DNA of 64,000 nucleotides from Blastocatellia bacterium (GTDB taxonomy: Bacteria > Acidobacteriota > Blastocatellia > HR10). The notes under the pieces were generated by a model. It worked only from the letters and a program-made list of their open reading frames with translations. It was not told where the DNA came from and made no database searches. The position numbers and the translations under genes were made by a program. Shown here one piece after another: positions 49,190-60,576 of the stretch. The stretch lies in assembly GCA_035573895.1 (NCBI GenBank), contig DATLZR010000105.1:4779-68778 (forward strand), given 5' to 3'. Position 1 is the stretch's first letter, and each line of letters starts with the position of its first letter.

Positions 49190-49279
49190 TGAACCCTGGC
49201 GTCCGGGGAGAGAAGCCGCGTCAGATCGTGCTGCCTCGATGGTCCAGGAGGAGGTGGGCCGGCTAATTGGTTTCCCCTT

Positions 49280-51145
49280 ATGTGTGGAATTTTTGGCTAC
49301 ATCGGCCATCAATCGGCAGTTCCGATCCTGCTCGACGGCTTGCGACGATTGGAGTATCGCGGCTACGATTCGGCCGGGATCGCTGTGATTGATGCGGAGG
49401 GTCGTCTCCAGGTTCGTCGAGCGCAGGGGAAACTTCATCGTCTCCAGGAAGCAATTGGCGCGGACCCTGTTGAGGGAACCTGTGGTCTCGGTCATACGCG
49501 GTGGGCCACGCATGGGCGACCGAGCGAAGAGAACGCTCATCCTCATCGGGATTGTTCCGGGCGCATCGTCGTCGTTCACAACGGGATCATCGAGAACTAC
49601 CTGGTGCTCAAACGGCGGCTGGAGGCCAAGGGACATCGTTTCGCTTCAGAGACCGATACGGAGGTGATCGCCCATTTGGTGGAAGTTTATCGTGCCAGTG
49701 GGAAAGATGTCGTCGAGGCCGTCCGGTGCTCGGTTGAGCAGTTGCAGGGAGTCTTCGCTTTCGCCGTGATAGATTCCAGTTCTCCCGATGAGATCGTTGC
49801 TGCCCGGCAGGGACCTCCTCTTCTCGTCGGATGGGGGGATGGAGAATTCTGGGTCGCTTCCGATATTCCCGCGCTCCTCGCCTTCACGCGCCGTGTCTCC
49901 TTTCTCGCCGATGGAGACCTGGTTCATCTCACCCGCAGGGGTATTCGACTGCTGGATTTTCACGGTCGGGAGAAGTCTCCTGAGATTCGGATGATCGGCT
50001 GGGATCCCGTCCAGGCCGAGAAAGGGGGCTTTCGCCATTTCATGCTCAAGGAAATTCACGAGCAGCCACGGGCGATTCGCGACACGGTGAAAGCCTACAC
50101 CTCCGTGGAATCGGCCCTCATTTATTTTGATTGCGATGATCTCCTCCAGCGATCCATCCAGGGAATAACCATCGTCGCTTGCGGAACGAGCTACCATGCG
50201 GGGCTCGTCGGGCGAAATGTGATCGAGGCAGCGACGGGCCTGCCGGTGATTGTCGAGTATGCGAGCGAGTTTCGGTATCGCCATCCTCTGGTTGATGAGC
50301 GCCATCTCGTGCTCGCCATCTCCCAGTCGGGGGAAACGGCCGATACGCTGGCGGCGGTGCGCGAGGCCCGACAGCGCAGGGCTCCTGTCCTCTCGGTCAC
50401 CAATGTCGTCGGCTCAACCATTACCCGCGAAGCCGATGGCGTGATTTATACCCATGCGGGGCCAGAAATTGGGGTCGCTTCAACGAAGACTTTCACCACG
50501 CAACTCATCCTTCTTTTGCTCGTGGCGGTGAAACTCGGCCAGCTCCGCCAGCGCCTTTCCCCAGAGCAGGCCCGGTCGTTGATCGAGTATCTTCACGCCC
50601 TTCCCGTGCGGTTGGAAAAACTCCTTGAGCGGGAAGAAGACATCGTGGCGCTGGCTCGCTCGATGTCCTCGGTACACCATGCTCTTTATCTCGGCCGGGG
50701 GCTAAATTATCCCGTTGCGCTAGAGGGAGCGCTCAAGCTAAAAGAGCTGAGTTACATCCATGCGGAAGGGTACCCGGCGGGTGAAATGAAGCACGGCCCG
50801 ATTGCGCTGGTTGACGAGACGCTGCCGGTGATCGTCATCAATGCATTCGATCGGTCGGAGACCGATGGCCGTATCCTTTACGAAAAGACGCTCTCCAATA
50901 TGGTCGAGGTGAGGGCTCGGGGAGGACGACTGATAGCGGTCGTCGTCGAGACCGATGAAGTGGCATTGAAGGACTGCGGGGAGGACGTCGGAGCGCATCT
51001 CATCCGCGTACCACCAACGCACCCCTGGCTGCTTCCTGTCCTAGCAGTCGTTCCCTTACAGCTTCTGGCCTATCATGTGGCCGTCCTGCGAGGCTGCGAT
51101 GTTGATCAGCCGCGCAATCTGGCGAAATCCGTGACGGTGGAGTAA
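49280..51145 (+). CDS. glmS: Glutamine--fructose-6-phosphate aminotransferase GlmS
   Basis: MCGIFGYIG N-terminal Cys nucleophile. Two SIS domains. C-terminal ...VDQPRNLAKSVTVE. 621 aa. Confidence 0.9.
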   Translation: MCGIFGYIGHQSAVPILLDGLRRLEYRGYDSAGIAVIDAEGRLQVRRAQGKLHRLQEAIGADPVEGTCGLGHTRWATHGRPSEENAHPHRDCSGRIVVVHNGIIENYLVLKRRLEAKGHRFASETDTEVIAHLVEVYRASGKDVVEAVRCSVEQLQGVFAFAVIDSSSPDEIVAARQGPPLLVGWGDGEFWVASDIPALLAFTRRVSFLADGDLVHLTRRGIRLLDFHGREKSPEIRMIGWDPVQAEKGGFRHFMLKEIHEQPRAIRDTVKAYTSVESALIYFDCDDLLQRSIQGITIVACGTSYHAGLVGRNVIEAATGLPVIVEYASEFRYRHPLVDERHLVLAISQSGETADTLAAVREARQRRAPVLSVTNVVGSTITREADGVIYTHAGPEIGVASTKTFTTQLILLLLVAVKLGQLRQRLSPEQARSLIEYLHALPVRLEKLLEREEDIVALARSMSSVHHALYLGRGLNYPVALEGALKLKELSYIHAEGYPAGEMKHGPIALVDETLPVIVINAFDRSETDGRILYEKTLSNMVEVRARGGRLIAVVVETDEVALKDCGEDVGAHLIRVPPTHPWLLPVLAVVPLQLLAYHVAVLRGCDVDQPRNLAKSVTVE

Positions 51146-51222
51146 TTGGATCCGGGCGGACGACCCTTGTTAAGGGAAGGAAGCGGGAGCATCAGTTGCT
51201 CAGATTCGGCGGCGATGTCGCC

Positions 51223-54200
51223 TTAGTCTTCGTCCAAAACACGCCGAACGGTCATGGCCAGCTCCTGCATCTGGTAGGGTTTTTGGACGAAGGCGGACGC
51301 GCCTTCCCGCATGACAATGTCGGCCTTTCCCTCCTGCGTGTAGCCGCTTGACAGGATGACCTTCAGCCGCGGGTTCTCAGCTTTTAACGCGCGGTATGTC
51401 TCCAGCCCGCCCAGCCGGGGCATGGTCAGATCGAGGATCACCAAATCAATTTCCTCCTTGTGCTGACGGAAGATCTCCAGTCCCCGCTGGCCATCTTCAG
51501 CCTCAAAGACCCGATACCCCAGTGCGCGGAAGATGCGTTGAGCGAGTCGGCGGACCGACTCTTCGTCGTCAATAACGAGCAGCGTCTCCGTCCCTCCTTT
51601 AACAGAGATCGCCTGCGTGTTGACGCTTTCCGGCTCGGTCCAAGTTCGGACGGGGAGATAGATGCGGAAGGTCGAGCCATGACCCCGTTCACTGTAGACG
51701 TTGATGAACCCGTCGTGGTTTCTCACGATGCCGTAAACCATGGCCAGTCCCAGACCGGTCCCCTTGCCGGGTTCTTTGGTGGTGAAAAACGGATCGAATA
51801 TTCTCGCCTGCGTGGCCTGGTCCATGCCGATGCCGGTATCGCTGACGGAAATGACAATGTAGGGGCCGGGCTTGGCATCGGGCAGGCGATGAATGTAGGG
51901 GTCCTCAATCCACTCGTAGCGCGTCTCGACCGTCAGGGTGCCTCCCTGGGGCATGGCTTCACAGCCGTTGAGACAGAGATTGAGCAAGGCCTGCTGGATC
52001 TGAGCCGGGTCTCCTTCGATCACAGGCAGTGGTGTCGCCAGTCGCTTCTCAATGGTGATCTCGGCGCCCGCGCCCCGTCGCACCAGTTCCAGTGTTTCCT
52101 CGACAACATCGTTGATCTTGACGGCGTGCGTCTGACGACGGCTCCCTCGGGCAAAGGTGAGAATCTGTCGCGTCAGTTCGGTGGCCCGGAGGGCTGATCG
52201 TTCAATCATATCGAGATGTTCGTATAACTCATCTTCTGGCTGGACCAGCGTTTTGGCCAGCGAGGCAAAACCCAGGACACCGGTGAGGAGATTATTAAAA
52301 TCATGGGCAATGCCGCTGGCGAGCGTGCCGACAGCCTCCATGCGTTGGGATCGCAGAAGTTGTTCTTCGAGTCGCTTTCGGTCGGTGATGTCTCGAAGAA
52401 TTGATCGCAGGCCGATCGGCGTCCCTTCATCATCGTACATGACGCGCGTGTCGCAGGTGACGTAGAGCAAATCACCATCTTTCCGCCGAATCTGAAACTC
52501 CACCCCTTCCAGCCATCCCTCGCTGAGAAGCTCCGGCCACCGCTGTCGTAAAATTTGAGCGGAATCCTCCGGCAGGAGATCGTAAATCGAGCGACCGATC
52601 AGCTCATCCTTGGCGTATCCCGTGGCATCGGCTTCCGTTTGATTGCATTCGAGGATGATCCCGTCGAGGTCGGTGGTGTGATACATCGCCGGTGCACGCT
52701 CGTAGAGGTCAAGGTATCGCTGCTCGGACGCTTTCAATTCCTCATAGAGCCGGGCGTTATTGATGGCTATGGCCGTTTGATTGGCAAACGCCTGAGCCAG
52801 TTCGATCTCTTCCGTCGTGTAGGTCCGAGGGGAATTGTGATAGAGGGCGAGTGTTCCCAAGGGCCGGCCTTGATAGACAAGAGGGATCACCAGCAGCGAC
52901 CGAATGCCTTCGGATTCAATGACCGGCCGAAGCGCCTCCAGAGATGGGTCGCTCAAGGCATCAGCCACATGAACCGGTTCGGGGACGACGGACGGATCGA
53001 GGTTCCAGGGTGAAAAATGACCCACGGCCTCGAGAAAAGAAGGGGATAGTCCCATCGCATAGGCGCAGACGGAGCGATTCCCCTGGGCGGACAGGAGAAA
53101 GATGCTCGTGCGCTGAGCCCCGAACAGGGTGCGGCTGGCTTCACTGACGCTTTCGAAGATATGCGTGAGGTCGAGCGCCGCCGTCAGATCTTGGTTGACC
53201 TTTTCCAGCGCTGCGAGTTGTCTGAGGTGTTGCTCAGAGATCCAGTAGAGAGCACGATATCGTTCTTCCGCTTCGCGCGTCAGCTCATACAGTCGCGCGT
53301 TCGAGATCGCGGTGGCCGTTGTGGCGGCGATGGCTCCGGCCAGAGCCACCTCTTCCGGAGCGAAGCAATGTGGCTGGCGCGTATAAACGATGAAAAGCGC
53401 CGCCCGCAGCCGCCCCCGATCCCAGAGCGGCACCGCCATGTAGGAGCGAATACTCAACTGCCTGACAAGATCCGCGGGGAGGAATTCGTGCTCCTGCGGA
53501 TCCTCGACGACCAGCGGTTGGTCTGATGCCACGAGAAGCCGGCCGATCGTCAAACTGCGGATTTCAGTCCCGACGAGCGACTCGATCAGGCGCCTGGCTT
53601 CTTCACTCGCTCCGTGATTGACGATCCGAACGACGCGCTCGCCCTCATCATCCATGAGGTAAATGGAGCAGCGATCGGCACCGAAAAATTCCGCAACCTT
53701 CCTGACGATCAAATGAAGCAGGGCCTCCACGTCAAGCACCGTCCCGCAGGCCTGAGCCATTTCCAGCAGAAACTGCGTCTGCCTTTGGATCACTCGCTCG
53801 CGTTCTTCAGTGCGTTTGCGCTCGGTGATGTCGCGGGCCACGACGACCATTCCCGTGAAATGCTGCTCTTGATCTCTCATCGGTTCAAAACTGAGAAGCA
53901 GGTAACGGTCTCCGTACATTAATTCCTGCTCGTACCGACGATTGAGGGAGCGAAGCGCCGCGATGGAGACGTCTGGCATTCCGAGAAGCCCCAGGATCTC
54001 CTCGGCGGGGCTTCCGATGAGTGATTTCAATTCACGCCCGAGCAGAGCCGCTCCCGCTCGATTCACTCTCTTGAGTCGTCCGGTGAGATCGAACAGGAAG
54101 ATACCATCGGACATGGCGTCAAACGTCGTGCGCCATTCGAAGCTGGCCCGTGCTGCCCGCTGATAGAGTCGTGCCTGGGTGATGGCCAGCGCCGATTCGT

Positions 54201-55194
54201 GCGCAATGGTCGCGAGCAATTCGATCTCATCGGGCGAAAACTTATGGGGGGCATGATAGTAGTCAACGATCATAACCCCAAGCGGCTCCCCGTCGGATGA
54301 TCGCAGGAGCGCCAATCCCACCGACTGGGCGCCGTAACGGGTCACCAGATCCCGGGGCAACAGAGGGTTCTCCCCCGCCCGATCAAATGTGATGACGCCC
54401 CGATCAAACAACTGAGACTGCAATTCGAGAACCTGCTCCAGGGGGATCACCGCATCCCGGCGAAAAGCCTCCCATAATTGCCGATCACCAACATCAGAGA
54501 TGGTGATGGTTGGAATAAGATAACGACGTTGCTCGTCAAACAGAAGGATGTTGCAGCGATCCGCACCGATGGCATCTACAGTGGCCTGGGCGATCCGTTT
54601 GAGGACCTCTTTAAACTCAATCTCCGAGTTAATGGTGCGAACGATCTCCAGCAGGGTGGAAGCATGCCGCGCACGTTGACGTTCTCCTTCGATCAGCCTG
54701 GCTTTCTGTATCTCCGCACCGACCCATTGAGCCGTGATCTGCAACAGATCGAGGTCGCGGTCAGAGAGTTTCCGAGGCCGATCACTCATGATGCTGACAA
54801 TAGCGTGAACCGCACCCTCCGGATCAAACGCCGGTGCTCCTGCATAAACGCGAATGCCGCGCTGACGAAGATACTCGTCCCCGGGAAACTCCTCCTGGGA
54901 CCGAACGGTCAGGTAGGATCTCTTCTCGCGCAAAATGACCTCTGCGGGCGTCCCTTGAAGCGACTCCCTTCTCTCGCTGAAGATCTGTCCGCGGTCGTAA
55001 CAGGCGCGGCAAAGGATTCCCTGTCCGCTGATCTCGTCAACTCGTGCGATAGGAACACCAAATTGCTCGGCCAAAATCTCAACTACAGCACAGCAGATGG
55101 CATTCACATCAACACCAGGCGTCGCTCCCACCTGAGAGAGGCGCTCGAACAATGTGTCTCTCCTTCGCGCGCGACGTTTCCCTGATTTTTCCAT
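51223..55194 (-). CDS. Multi-sensor hybrid histidine kinase (multiple GAF/PAS domains, HisKA, HATPase_c, C-terminal receiver)
   Basis: 1323 aa. Repeated GAF/PAS sensor modules. H-box ...HDFNNLLT... G-box ...GTGLGLAMV... Receiver with D...DLTMP...K. Confidence 0.8.
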   Translation of the reverse strand: MEKSGKRRARRRDTLFERLSQVGATPGVDVNAICCAVVEILAEQFGVPIARVDEISGQGILCRACYDRGQIFSERRESLQGTPAEVILREKRSYLTVRSQEEFPGDEYLRQRGIRVYAGAPAFDPEGAVHAIVSIMSDRPRKLSDRDLDLLQITAQWVGAEIQKARLIEGERQRARHASTLLEIVRTINSEIEFKEVLKRIAQATVDAIGADRCNILLFDEQRRYLIPTITISDVGDRQLWEAFRRDAVIPLEQVLELQSQLFDRGVITFDRAGENPLLPRDLVTRYGAQSVGLALLRSSDGEPLGVMIVDYYHAPHKFSPDEIELLATIAHESALAITQARLYQRAARASFEWRTTFDAMSDGIFLFDLTGRLKRVNRAGAALLGRELKSLIGSPAEEILGLLGMPDVSIAALRSLNRRYEQELMYGDRYLLLSFEPMRDQEQHFTGMVVVARDITERKRTEERERVIQRQTQFLLEMAQACGTVLDVEALLHLIVRKVAEFFGADRCSIYLMDDEGERVVRIVNHGASEEARRLIESLVGTEIRSLTIGRLLVASDQPLVVEDPQEHEFLPADLVRQLSIRSYMAVPLWDRGRLRAALFIVYTRQPHCFAPEEVALAGAIAATTATAISNARLYELTREAEERYRALYWISEQHLRQLAALEKVNQDLTAALDLTHIFESVSEASRTLFGAQRTSIFLLSAQGNRSVCAYAMGLSPSFLEAVGHFSPWNLDPSVVPEPVHVADALSDPSLEALRPVIESEGIRSLLVIPLVYQGRPLGTLALYHNSPRTYTTEEIELAQAFANQTAIAINNARLYEELKASEQRYLDLYERAPAMYHTTDLDGIILECNQTEADATGYAKDELIGRSIYDLLPEDSAQILRQRWPELLSEGWLEGVEFQIRRKDGDLLYVTCDTRVMYDDEGTPIGLRSILRDITDRKRLEEQLLRSQRMEAVGTLASGIAHDFNNLLTGVLGFASLAKTLVQPEDELYEHLDMIERSALRATELTRQILTFARGSRRQTHAVKINDVVEETLELVRRGAGAEITIEKRLATPLPVIEGDPAQIQQALLNLCLNGCEAMPQGGTLTVETRYEWIEDPYIHRLPDAKPGPYIVISVSDTGIGMDQATQARIFDPFFTTKEPGKGTGLGLAMVYGIVRNHDGFINVYSERGHGSTFRIYLPVRTWTEPESVNTQAISVKGGTETLLVIDDEESVRRLAQRIFRALGYRVFEAEDGQRGLEIFRQHKEEIDLVILDLTMPRLGGLETYRALKAENPRLKVILSSGYTQEGKADIVMREGASAFVQKPYQMQELAMTVRRVLDED

Positions 55195-55587
55195 ACTACA
55201 CCCTCATCCATAGCGTGACAGTTTTCGGGTAAATCAGAGTGAACGAACTCCCTCCTGCAAGGTCTTCTCCTTCGGATCCTTGTTCGATAAACGCAACCTT
55301 CACTTACTGACCCTCTCCGACCGAGCATAGGAGTAACGCCTTTGAGGATTCCTTAGCCAGAACTTTATTCCGGCATATCCTACCCGCGACGACCTGTATC
55401 ACCACTGCTCAACCCCCCTTTATTCTTTCGCCTCACACTATTAACACATGCGAGAGGATAAATCAACTCTATCTTTCGCTCGTGGCATGCGATCATTGCT
55501 GGCTCACCGTTGAGAGAAAAAGGGCTTCAGTCGGCCTCAGAATACTGATATTTGGCGTGAATTTGCTTCCCGACCGATACGCCGGGA

Positions 55588-58500
55588 TCAAGGGAGTCTT
55601 ACGCTCACCTGATAATCAAATGACGGCCCCCCGAGTCCCTCTGTCTCCGTCACACGGATAAAATATCGCCCGCCAAAAGGAGCAATGAAGACAATCAACG
55701 GATCGCGTGAGAGAAATGAGCCGTCGCTTTCCGCCAGCTTCACATTGAGGAAAAAGAGTTCAATTTTGATCGCCGCCGGAGACGGGGGCGAGAGTGACTG
55801 GGCATCTACGTCAACCGTGATGAATTGCCCCGCCTGAGCCTCGAACGAGAAAACATCCACATCGCCAGCAGGGTTGATCGTCGCCGAAATCGTCGTCTCG
55901 GGATCAATGTCATTGGCTGAGGCGAAGGTATCGTTCGGTTCCGATTCAACAGAGGTTCCGGCAGTCCCCATCAGAGTCACGTCCATCTCGTAGACGAAGG
56001 ATTTTCCGCCCCGGTTAAAGACATCGCGCAAGGAGACGAAAAACGTTCCGGTTGAGGGGAGCGTAGCTTCGAGGAAGGAATCGCGAGTTCCGCCGCGCGG
56101 ATCGTCATTATTGGTAGCCAGTTGGCGTCCCCCTGCATCGAGCACGCTCACGACGGTGTCAGCAGGAGACGGAGGCGCCAGCCGATCCGCCCGCGTGACG
56201 ATCGTCACTCGCTGACCCGCGCGGCCGCTGAAGCTGAAAACGTCAGTGTCTCCGAACTGGCCGAAGCTGCCACTGATGGTGACATTCGGGGTGATGGTAT
56301 TCGCTTGCTGAATGGTGTTATTTGGTTCTTGCTCGGTCACGGGGAGTCGCCCTCCACCAGGTTCGGTCAAGGTCACAACGGCATTATAGGTGTACGCTGG
56401 ACCTCCTTTCTGATCAAAATGGCGAATGCGAATGAGGTAGCGTCCCGTCGAGGGAAGGGTGACTTGAAGGCGCGAGTCGAGCGACCCGTCAGCATCGTCG
56501 TTCTCCGCCAGTTGATTCCCCCGACTGTCCATGAGCGTCACGACGGAATCGAGCGACGACGGAGGCGTGAGGGTTTGCGCATCAATGTCCACCAAAAGCT
56601 GCTGGCCTCGACGACCATCGAAGACAAAGAAATCTACATCTCCGGCGGGATTGATCGTTCCTCGAACTGTCACCGGCGGCGTGATGGGATTGGCCTGCGC
56701 CGTTGAATTGTTCGGTTCGCTTTCGGTGTTGATCTGCGGTGGAGGGATAACACCCCGACGGGTGATGACAGCTTCGTACGTGTAAGTGGGGCCGCCCTTG
56801 GGGCCGAAATTGCGCACGCGAAGGAAGACTCGTCCCGAAGTGGTGGCGGAAAAATCGAGCCGCGAATCAAGTGATCCACCGAAATCATCATTTTCGGCCA
56901 GTTGATTGCCCCGGCCGTCAAACAAAGTGATGACCGTATCCGCATCCGATGCCGGTGTGAGAGATCGGGCCCGAATCTCTACTGTAATCGTCTGACCCGA
57001 AGTCACATCGAAGCCGAAGAAATCCACATCGCCGCCGGGATCGAGCGTTCCCGCAACCGTCACGTCGGGCACTACCCCATCAGCCTGAGCAATGGTATTG
57101 TTGGGTTCGGACTCGACGTGACGTCCGGGTGGACCACCGCCAGTCAAACGCACCGTGACCTGATAGGTGAAGGCGCTGCCTCCTTTATTGTTGAGATCCC
57201 GAATGCTGAAGAAGAAACGCCCGCTTTCGGTGAGAGTAACCTCCAGAAGGGAATCAAGCTGTCCCGGCGCTTCATCGTCGTTCTCGGCGATTTTCTTGCC
57301 ATTGCTCCCGAAGAGTTCGATGACGGTATCGGCTGCCGAGGGGGGTGTGAGCGTCTGAGCATCCACGTCAATGCGCAGGCGTTGGCCGGCGTTAGCCGAG
57401 AAGGTGAAGAAATCCACGTCACCCGTTGGACTGAGAATCCCCCGAACGGTCACATCGGGCGAGATCGTGTTGGCTTGAGGCGGAGTGTTGTTGGGTTCAA
57501 ATTCGGCATTGCCAGGAGGGGGCGGTTGTGCACCGCTCAGCACGACCTGCGCGTGATAAACGAAGTTGCGCCCTCCCCGACCGTTGAAATCCCGCACGCG
57601 GAAGACGTACCGGCCCGTCGTCGGGAGCGTTACAACCAAACGCGAATCGAGCGTACTCGGCCCGGCATCATCGTTCTCACCAATCTGCTGCCCGGTGCTC
57701 AGAAAGAGCGTCACCACCGTATCAATCCCCGTTCCGGGGCTGAGCGATTGCGCCGTGAGTGTGATCGTCGCCTGCTGACCCTGCGTCCCCGAGAAGCTGA
57801 AGAAATCGGTGTCTCCTGCGGGATCGAGCGTGGCGGTGACGGTCACCGGTGGCGTGATCGGATCGGCCTGGGTGATGCTGTTATTTGGTTCGCTTTCGGA
57901 AACAAATTGACTCATCGCGGATTCGGACGCCGTTGTGGACGCCGTCGCCCCCGCATCTTGAGGACTCTCGGTTTCCGTCGCCCCAGTTGTGAACGTGAAC
58001 GTGAGTACCAAATTCGCATCGAAGATGCGGGTCAGTGGACCGCCAAGTTTGGTGACCTCGATGAGGTACGTCGTTCCCGCCATGACGTCCATCTTGACGC
58101 GGGATTTCGTCCCAACGTCATCATCGTCGTTGCACGCTACCTCTCGGAGCATCGAACAGGTGCCGGTATACACGGTGAGCACCGTATCAAATCCAAAGCT
58201 GCTGCCGTTTGTTGAAACCGTGATCGTTCCGTTTGAGGGCGGTGTGAAGCGATACCAGACGCTGTGGCTATTGAGGCGATCTTCGGCGCAGGATTGCCGG
58301 GGATCGTCTTTGTCCGTGCTGGCTTCGAAGACATTGATCCGATCGGTGAAAGAAGGCCCACTGATGATAGTAGCTTGATCGCAGCGGTCATTCGCGGGCC
58401 GAGAGACCCGTGTATTGAGGATGATGTTGATGTTGTCCACGATAGCGCCCGCCGCTACAAAAACCGTCGCTTTGCTTTGAGGCGGATCGTCGTCAGATTC

Positions 58501-59598
58501 GGAATCACCGCTGTAAAATTCTGGCGGTCCAGGCAACGATGCCGGAGGATCGAGCGGGCCGACGCTGGAGCCGCCGGTGAAACTTCCGTCAAGCTCCTCG
58601 ATCTCAACCGTATACTCCCCCGGCGGGAGGCCACGAATCTCATAGAAGCCGAGAAGGTCAGGGTTGTCTGATCCGCGATACCTCAGATCCCATTCTTTGT
58701 CACTGATCGTCCCGATGTGCTGAAAACCGGATACCGATGAGACCGCAATCCTCTGGGGATCGTCAACCTTACGGGCGATGACGTTAGCGCCCATGAAACC
58801 GACACCATCGGGGTAGAGAATTCGCCCGCGGATCGTTCCTGTAGTTCGAGCAAACGACGTCGTCGGATAGAGGCTAGATATTGCGGCAATGTCATCAATT
58901 TTCGGCGTAGCCCAGGTCTCGACACGAAAGCTGGAGGTGAAGACCGGGATCATGGTGGGGACGGTGTCGTCGTTACCTGGGTTGCCATCGAAGACCGCAT
59001 CGAGATTGATCTGGGTATGGTCAAGACCGGCGAAGTGACCGACCTCATGCACCATGATTCCCCGGAGCCGATCCTGCTGGTTCGCAAATAACCCGTTGAT
59101 GGTAACCGTTCCCTGAAGGATGCGCAGCGATGACAGGACGCGAGGCCCAGCGAACCCGGCGACCCTCCGCCGGGAACCGATCCCGAGAAGGGCATCGGTC
59201 ACGCTTCCATCGCTATCGAAGATGACAGGATTGACACACCCCCGCCCGGCCCGACAATCCTCGACCAGATCATCGAGAACCGACATGACATTGCTTCCGG
59301 TCACATCCGTCGTCAGGAGCTGGCCCGAAGGTTGAAATCGAATGGTAGTTGTCGGGATGCTCGCCCAGATCGAGAAAATTTCCTGGGTGAGCGCAACGGC
59401 CTGATCATTGGTCAGGGGGCCCAGCGGGCCTTGGTCAGGTGTGTATGCAATGGGGCGGGAGACATTCCAGACAAAGGCGCGCCCGGTGCGCGTCGTCAGC
59501 AAAGGTCCCCCCGCGCGCACGAACCGATCGTCCGGAGAGGACAGGCTGGCGAGACTGAGGATCGCCAGCACAAAACCAGAAGGACGGTAAATTCTCAT
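55588..59598 (-). CDS. Secreted metzincin-type zinc metalloprotease with ~8-9 tandem pre-peptidase C-terminal (PPC) domains
   Basis: Signal peptide. HEVGHFAGLDH matches the HExxHxxGxxH zinc-binding motif. There are then ~115-aa repeats, each containing EPNN(T/S)..QAN...P.VTV.G...P.GDVDFF.F and ...ENDD....LDS.L.... 1336 aa. Confidence 0.8.
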   Translation of the reverse strand: MRIYRPSGFVLAILSLASLSSPDDRFVRAGGPLLTTRTGRAFVWNVSRPIAYTPDQGPLGPLTNDQAVALTQEIFSIWASIPTTTIRFQPSGQLLTTDVTGSNVMSVLDDLVEDCRAGRGCVNPVIFDSDGSVTDALLGIGSRRRVAGFAGPRVLSSLRILQGTVTINGLFANQQDRLRGIMVHEVGHFAGLDHTQINLDAVFDGNPGNDDTVPTMIPVFTSSFRVETWATPKIDDIAAISSLYPTTSFARTTGTIRGRILYPDGVGFMGANVIARKVDDPQRIAVSSVSGFQHIGTISDKEWDLRYRGSDNPDLLGFYEIRGLPPGEYTVEIEELDGSFTGGSSVGPLDPPASLPGPPEFYSGDSESDDDPPQSKATVFVAAGAIVDNINIILNTRVSRPANDRCDQATIISGPSFTDRINVFEASTDKDDPRQSCAEDRLNSHSVWYRFTPPSNGTITVSTNGSSFGFDTVLTVYTGTCSMLREVACNDDDDVGTKSRVKMDVMAGTTYLIEVTKLGGPLTRIFDANLVLTFTFTTGATETESPQDAGATASTTASESAMSQFVSESEPNNSITQADPITPPVTVTATLDPAGDTDFFSFSGTQGQQATITLTAQSLSPGTGIDTVVTLFLSTGQQIGENDDAGPSTLDSRLVVTLPTTGRYVFRVRDFNGRGGRNFVYHAQVVLSGAQPPPPGNAEFEPNNTPPQANTISPDVTVRGILSPTGDVDFFTFSANAGQRLRIDVDAQTLTPPSAADTVIELFGSNGKKIAENDDEAPGQLDSLLEVTLTESGRFFFSIRDLNNKGGSAFTYQVTVRLTGGGPPGRHVESEPNNTIAQADGVVPDVTVAGTLDPGGDVDFFGFDVTSGQTITVEIRARSLTPASDADTVITLFDGRGNQLAENDDFGGSLDSRLDFSATTSGRVFLRVRNFGPKGGPTYTYEAVITRRGVIPPPQINTESEPNNSTAQANPITPPVTVRGTINPAGDVDFFVFDGRRGQQLLVDIDAQTLTPPSSLDSVVTLMDSRGNQLAENDDADGSLDSRLQVTLPSTGRYLIRIRHFDQKGGPAYTYNAVVTLTEPGGGRLPVTEQEPNNTIQQANTITPNVTISGSFGQFGDTDVFSFSGRAGQRVTIVTRADRLAPPSPADTVVSVLDAGGRQLATNNDDPRGGTRDSFLEATLPSTGTFFVSLRDVFNRGGKSFVYEMDVTLMGTAGTSVESEPNDTFASANDIDPETTISATINPAGDVDVFSFEAQAGQFITVDVDAQSLSPPSPAAIKIELFFLNVKLAESDGSFLSRDPLIVFIAPFGGRYFIRVTETEGLGGPSFDYQVSVRLP

Positions 59599-60218
59599 CG
59601 TATTGAACTCTCCTTCCCCGTCATCGAGCCAACGAGTTTTCTCACCAGTGAGGCGAAGACTTCGTAAGAAATGGCGCCGCGCATCTGAGCGGCAGCGGCG
59701 CGCTCCGTCCGGGACAGACTGAGGTGCTCCGAATCCAGCCCCCGCAGGAGATTCCAGTTGTTAATGCCATTGACCACCTGACGGGCGCCGGTCTGGCGAT
59801 CACGCTCGATGATGAACTTTCCCTGTCCTCCGGCAACCGGGCTCGTGAAGCCATACTGACTTTCGGGGTAGAGAAAGAGAACGACCTCCTCTCCCGGCCG
59901 GTAATGGGGAAGATCATGGACCGGGAGCGTGCGCGGATTTCCGAACTGCATAAACGTGAGTCGTGATGGACCCGGGGGATTTAACCGAGTAGGACCTGTT
60001 GCTTTGAACATCTCAGCAACTTCAAGCGTCACGAATGTCACCACGATATTGTGATACTGCGGGTGCCGCCCTTCTCGGACCTCGACGACGCGGCCGGCGA
60101 TGATGGTTCCGGCCTCCGCGACAAGCTCAGCAAGCGTCGCCTGTGTCATCTGAGCCTCCGCGTTTGGGCCAACGAGGATAATGCCGAGGGCGAGTCCAAG
60201 CGCGATCCGTCGCTTCAT
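59595..60218 (-). CDS. Small secreted/lipoprotein-like hypothetical protein, co-transcribed with the metzincin
   Basis: MKRRIALGLALGIILVGPNAEAQ signal peptide from the internal Met at 60218. Its stop overlaps the metzincin start (ATGA). No recognisable domain. Confidence 0.45.
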   Translation of the reverse strand: MKRRIALGLALGIILVGPNAEAQMTQATLAELVAEAGTIIAGRVVEVREGRHPQYHNIVVTFVTLEVAEMFKATGPTRLNPPGPSRLTFMQFGNPRTLPVHDLPHYRPGEEVVLFLYPESQYGFTSPVAGGQGKFIIERDRQTGARQVVNGINNWNLLRGLDSEHLSLSRTERAAAAQMRGAISYEVFASLVRKLVGSMTGKESSIR

Positions 60219-60576
60219 GGCTGTGCGCCTCCTCATGCCTGGATCAGTGGATTGCGTCTCTCTCTGTCTCATAACCACCCCTGATGCTATCGAAGTCATC
60301 GAGCGTCAGCAAGCAGAGGAAAAAGAGAGCCTCACGTCAAGCGGGTCGTGTCCTCGTCACGTAGCACCCAGAGATGGCGGTGATCGTCACTGTCGGATGT
60401 CTTGAGAGAGAAAGGCTCTCCTGAGTCGGAGAGGTCTCACGGCGCAGTGCCGTCGGCCTCTTCGGATCGAGGCCGACCCTTCGCGATCCGTTCCTCTACT
60501 AGGGAGAGGTTCTTGAACCGGTAGGTGAGGATTTGGTATAAAGTCCGCTTGGCGATTGGTTCGAGGGACGATAGCA

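Noticed and set aside
49169-49279. Possible glmS ribozyme upstream of glmS
   Set aside because: The spacer is only ~110 nt and lacks the conserved glmS ribozyme core. Only a short terminator-like hairpin is present.
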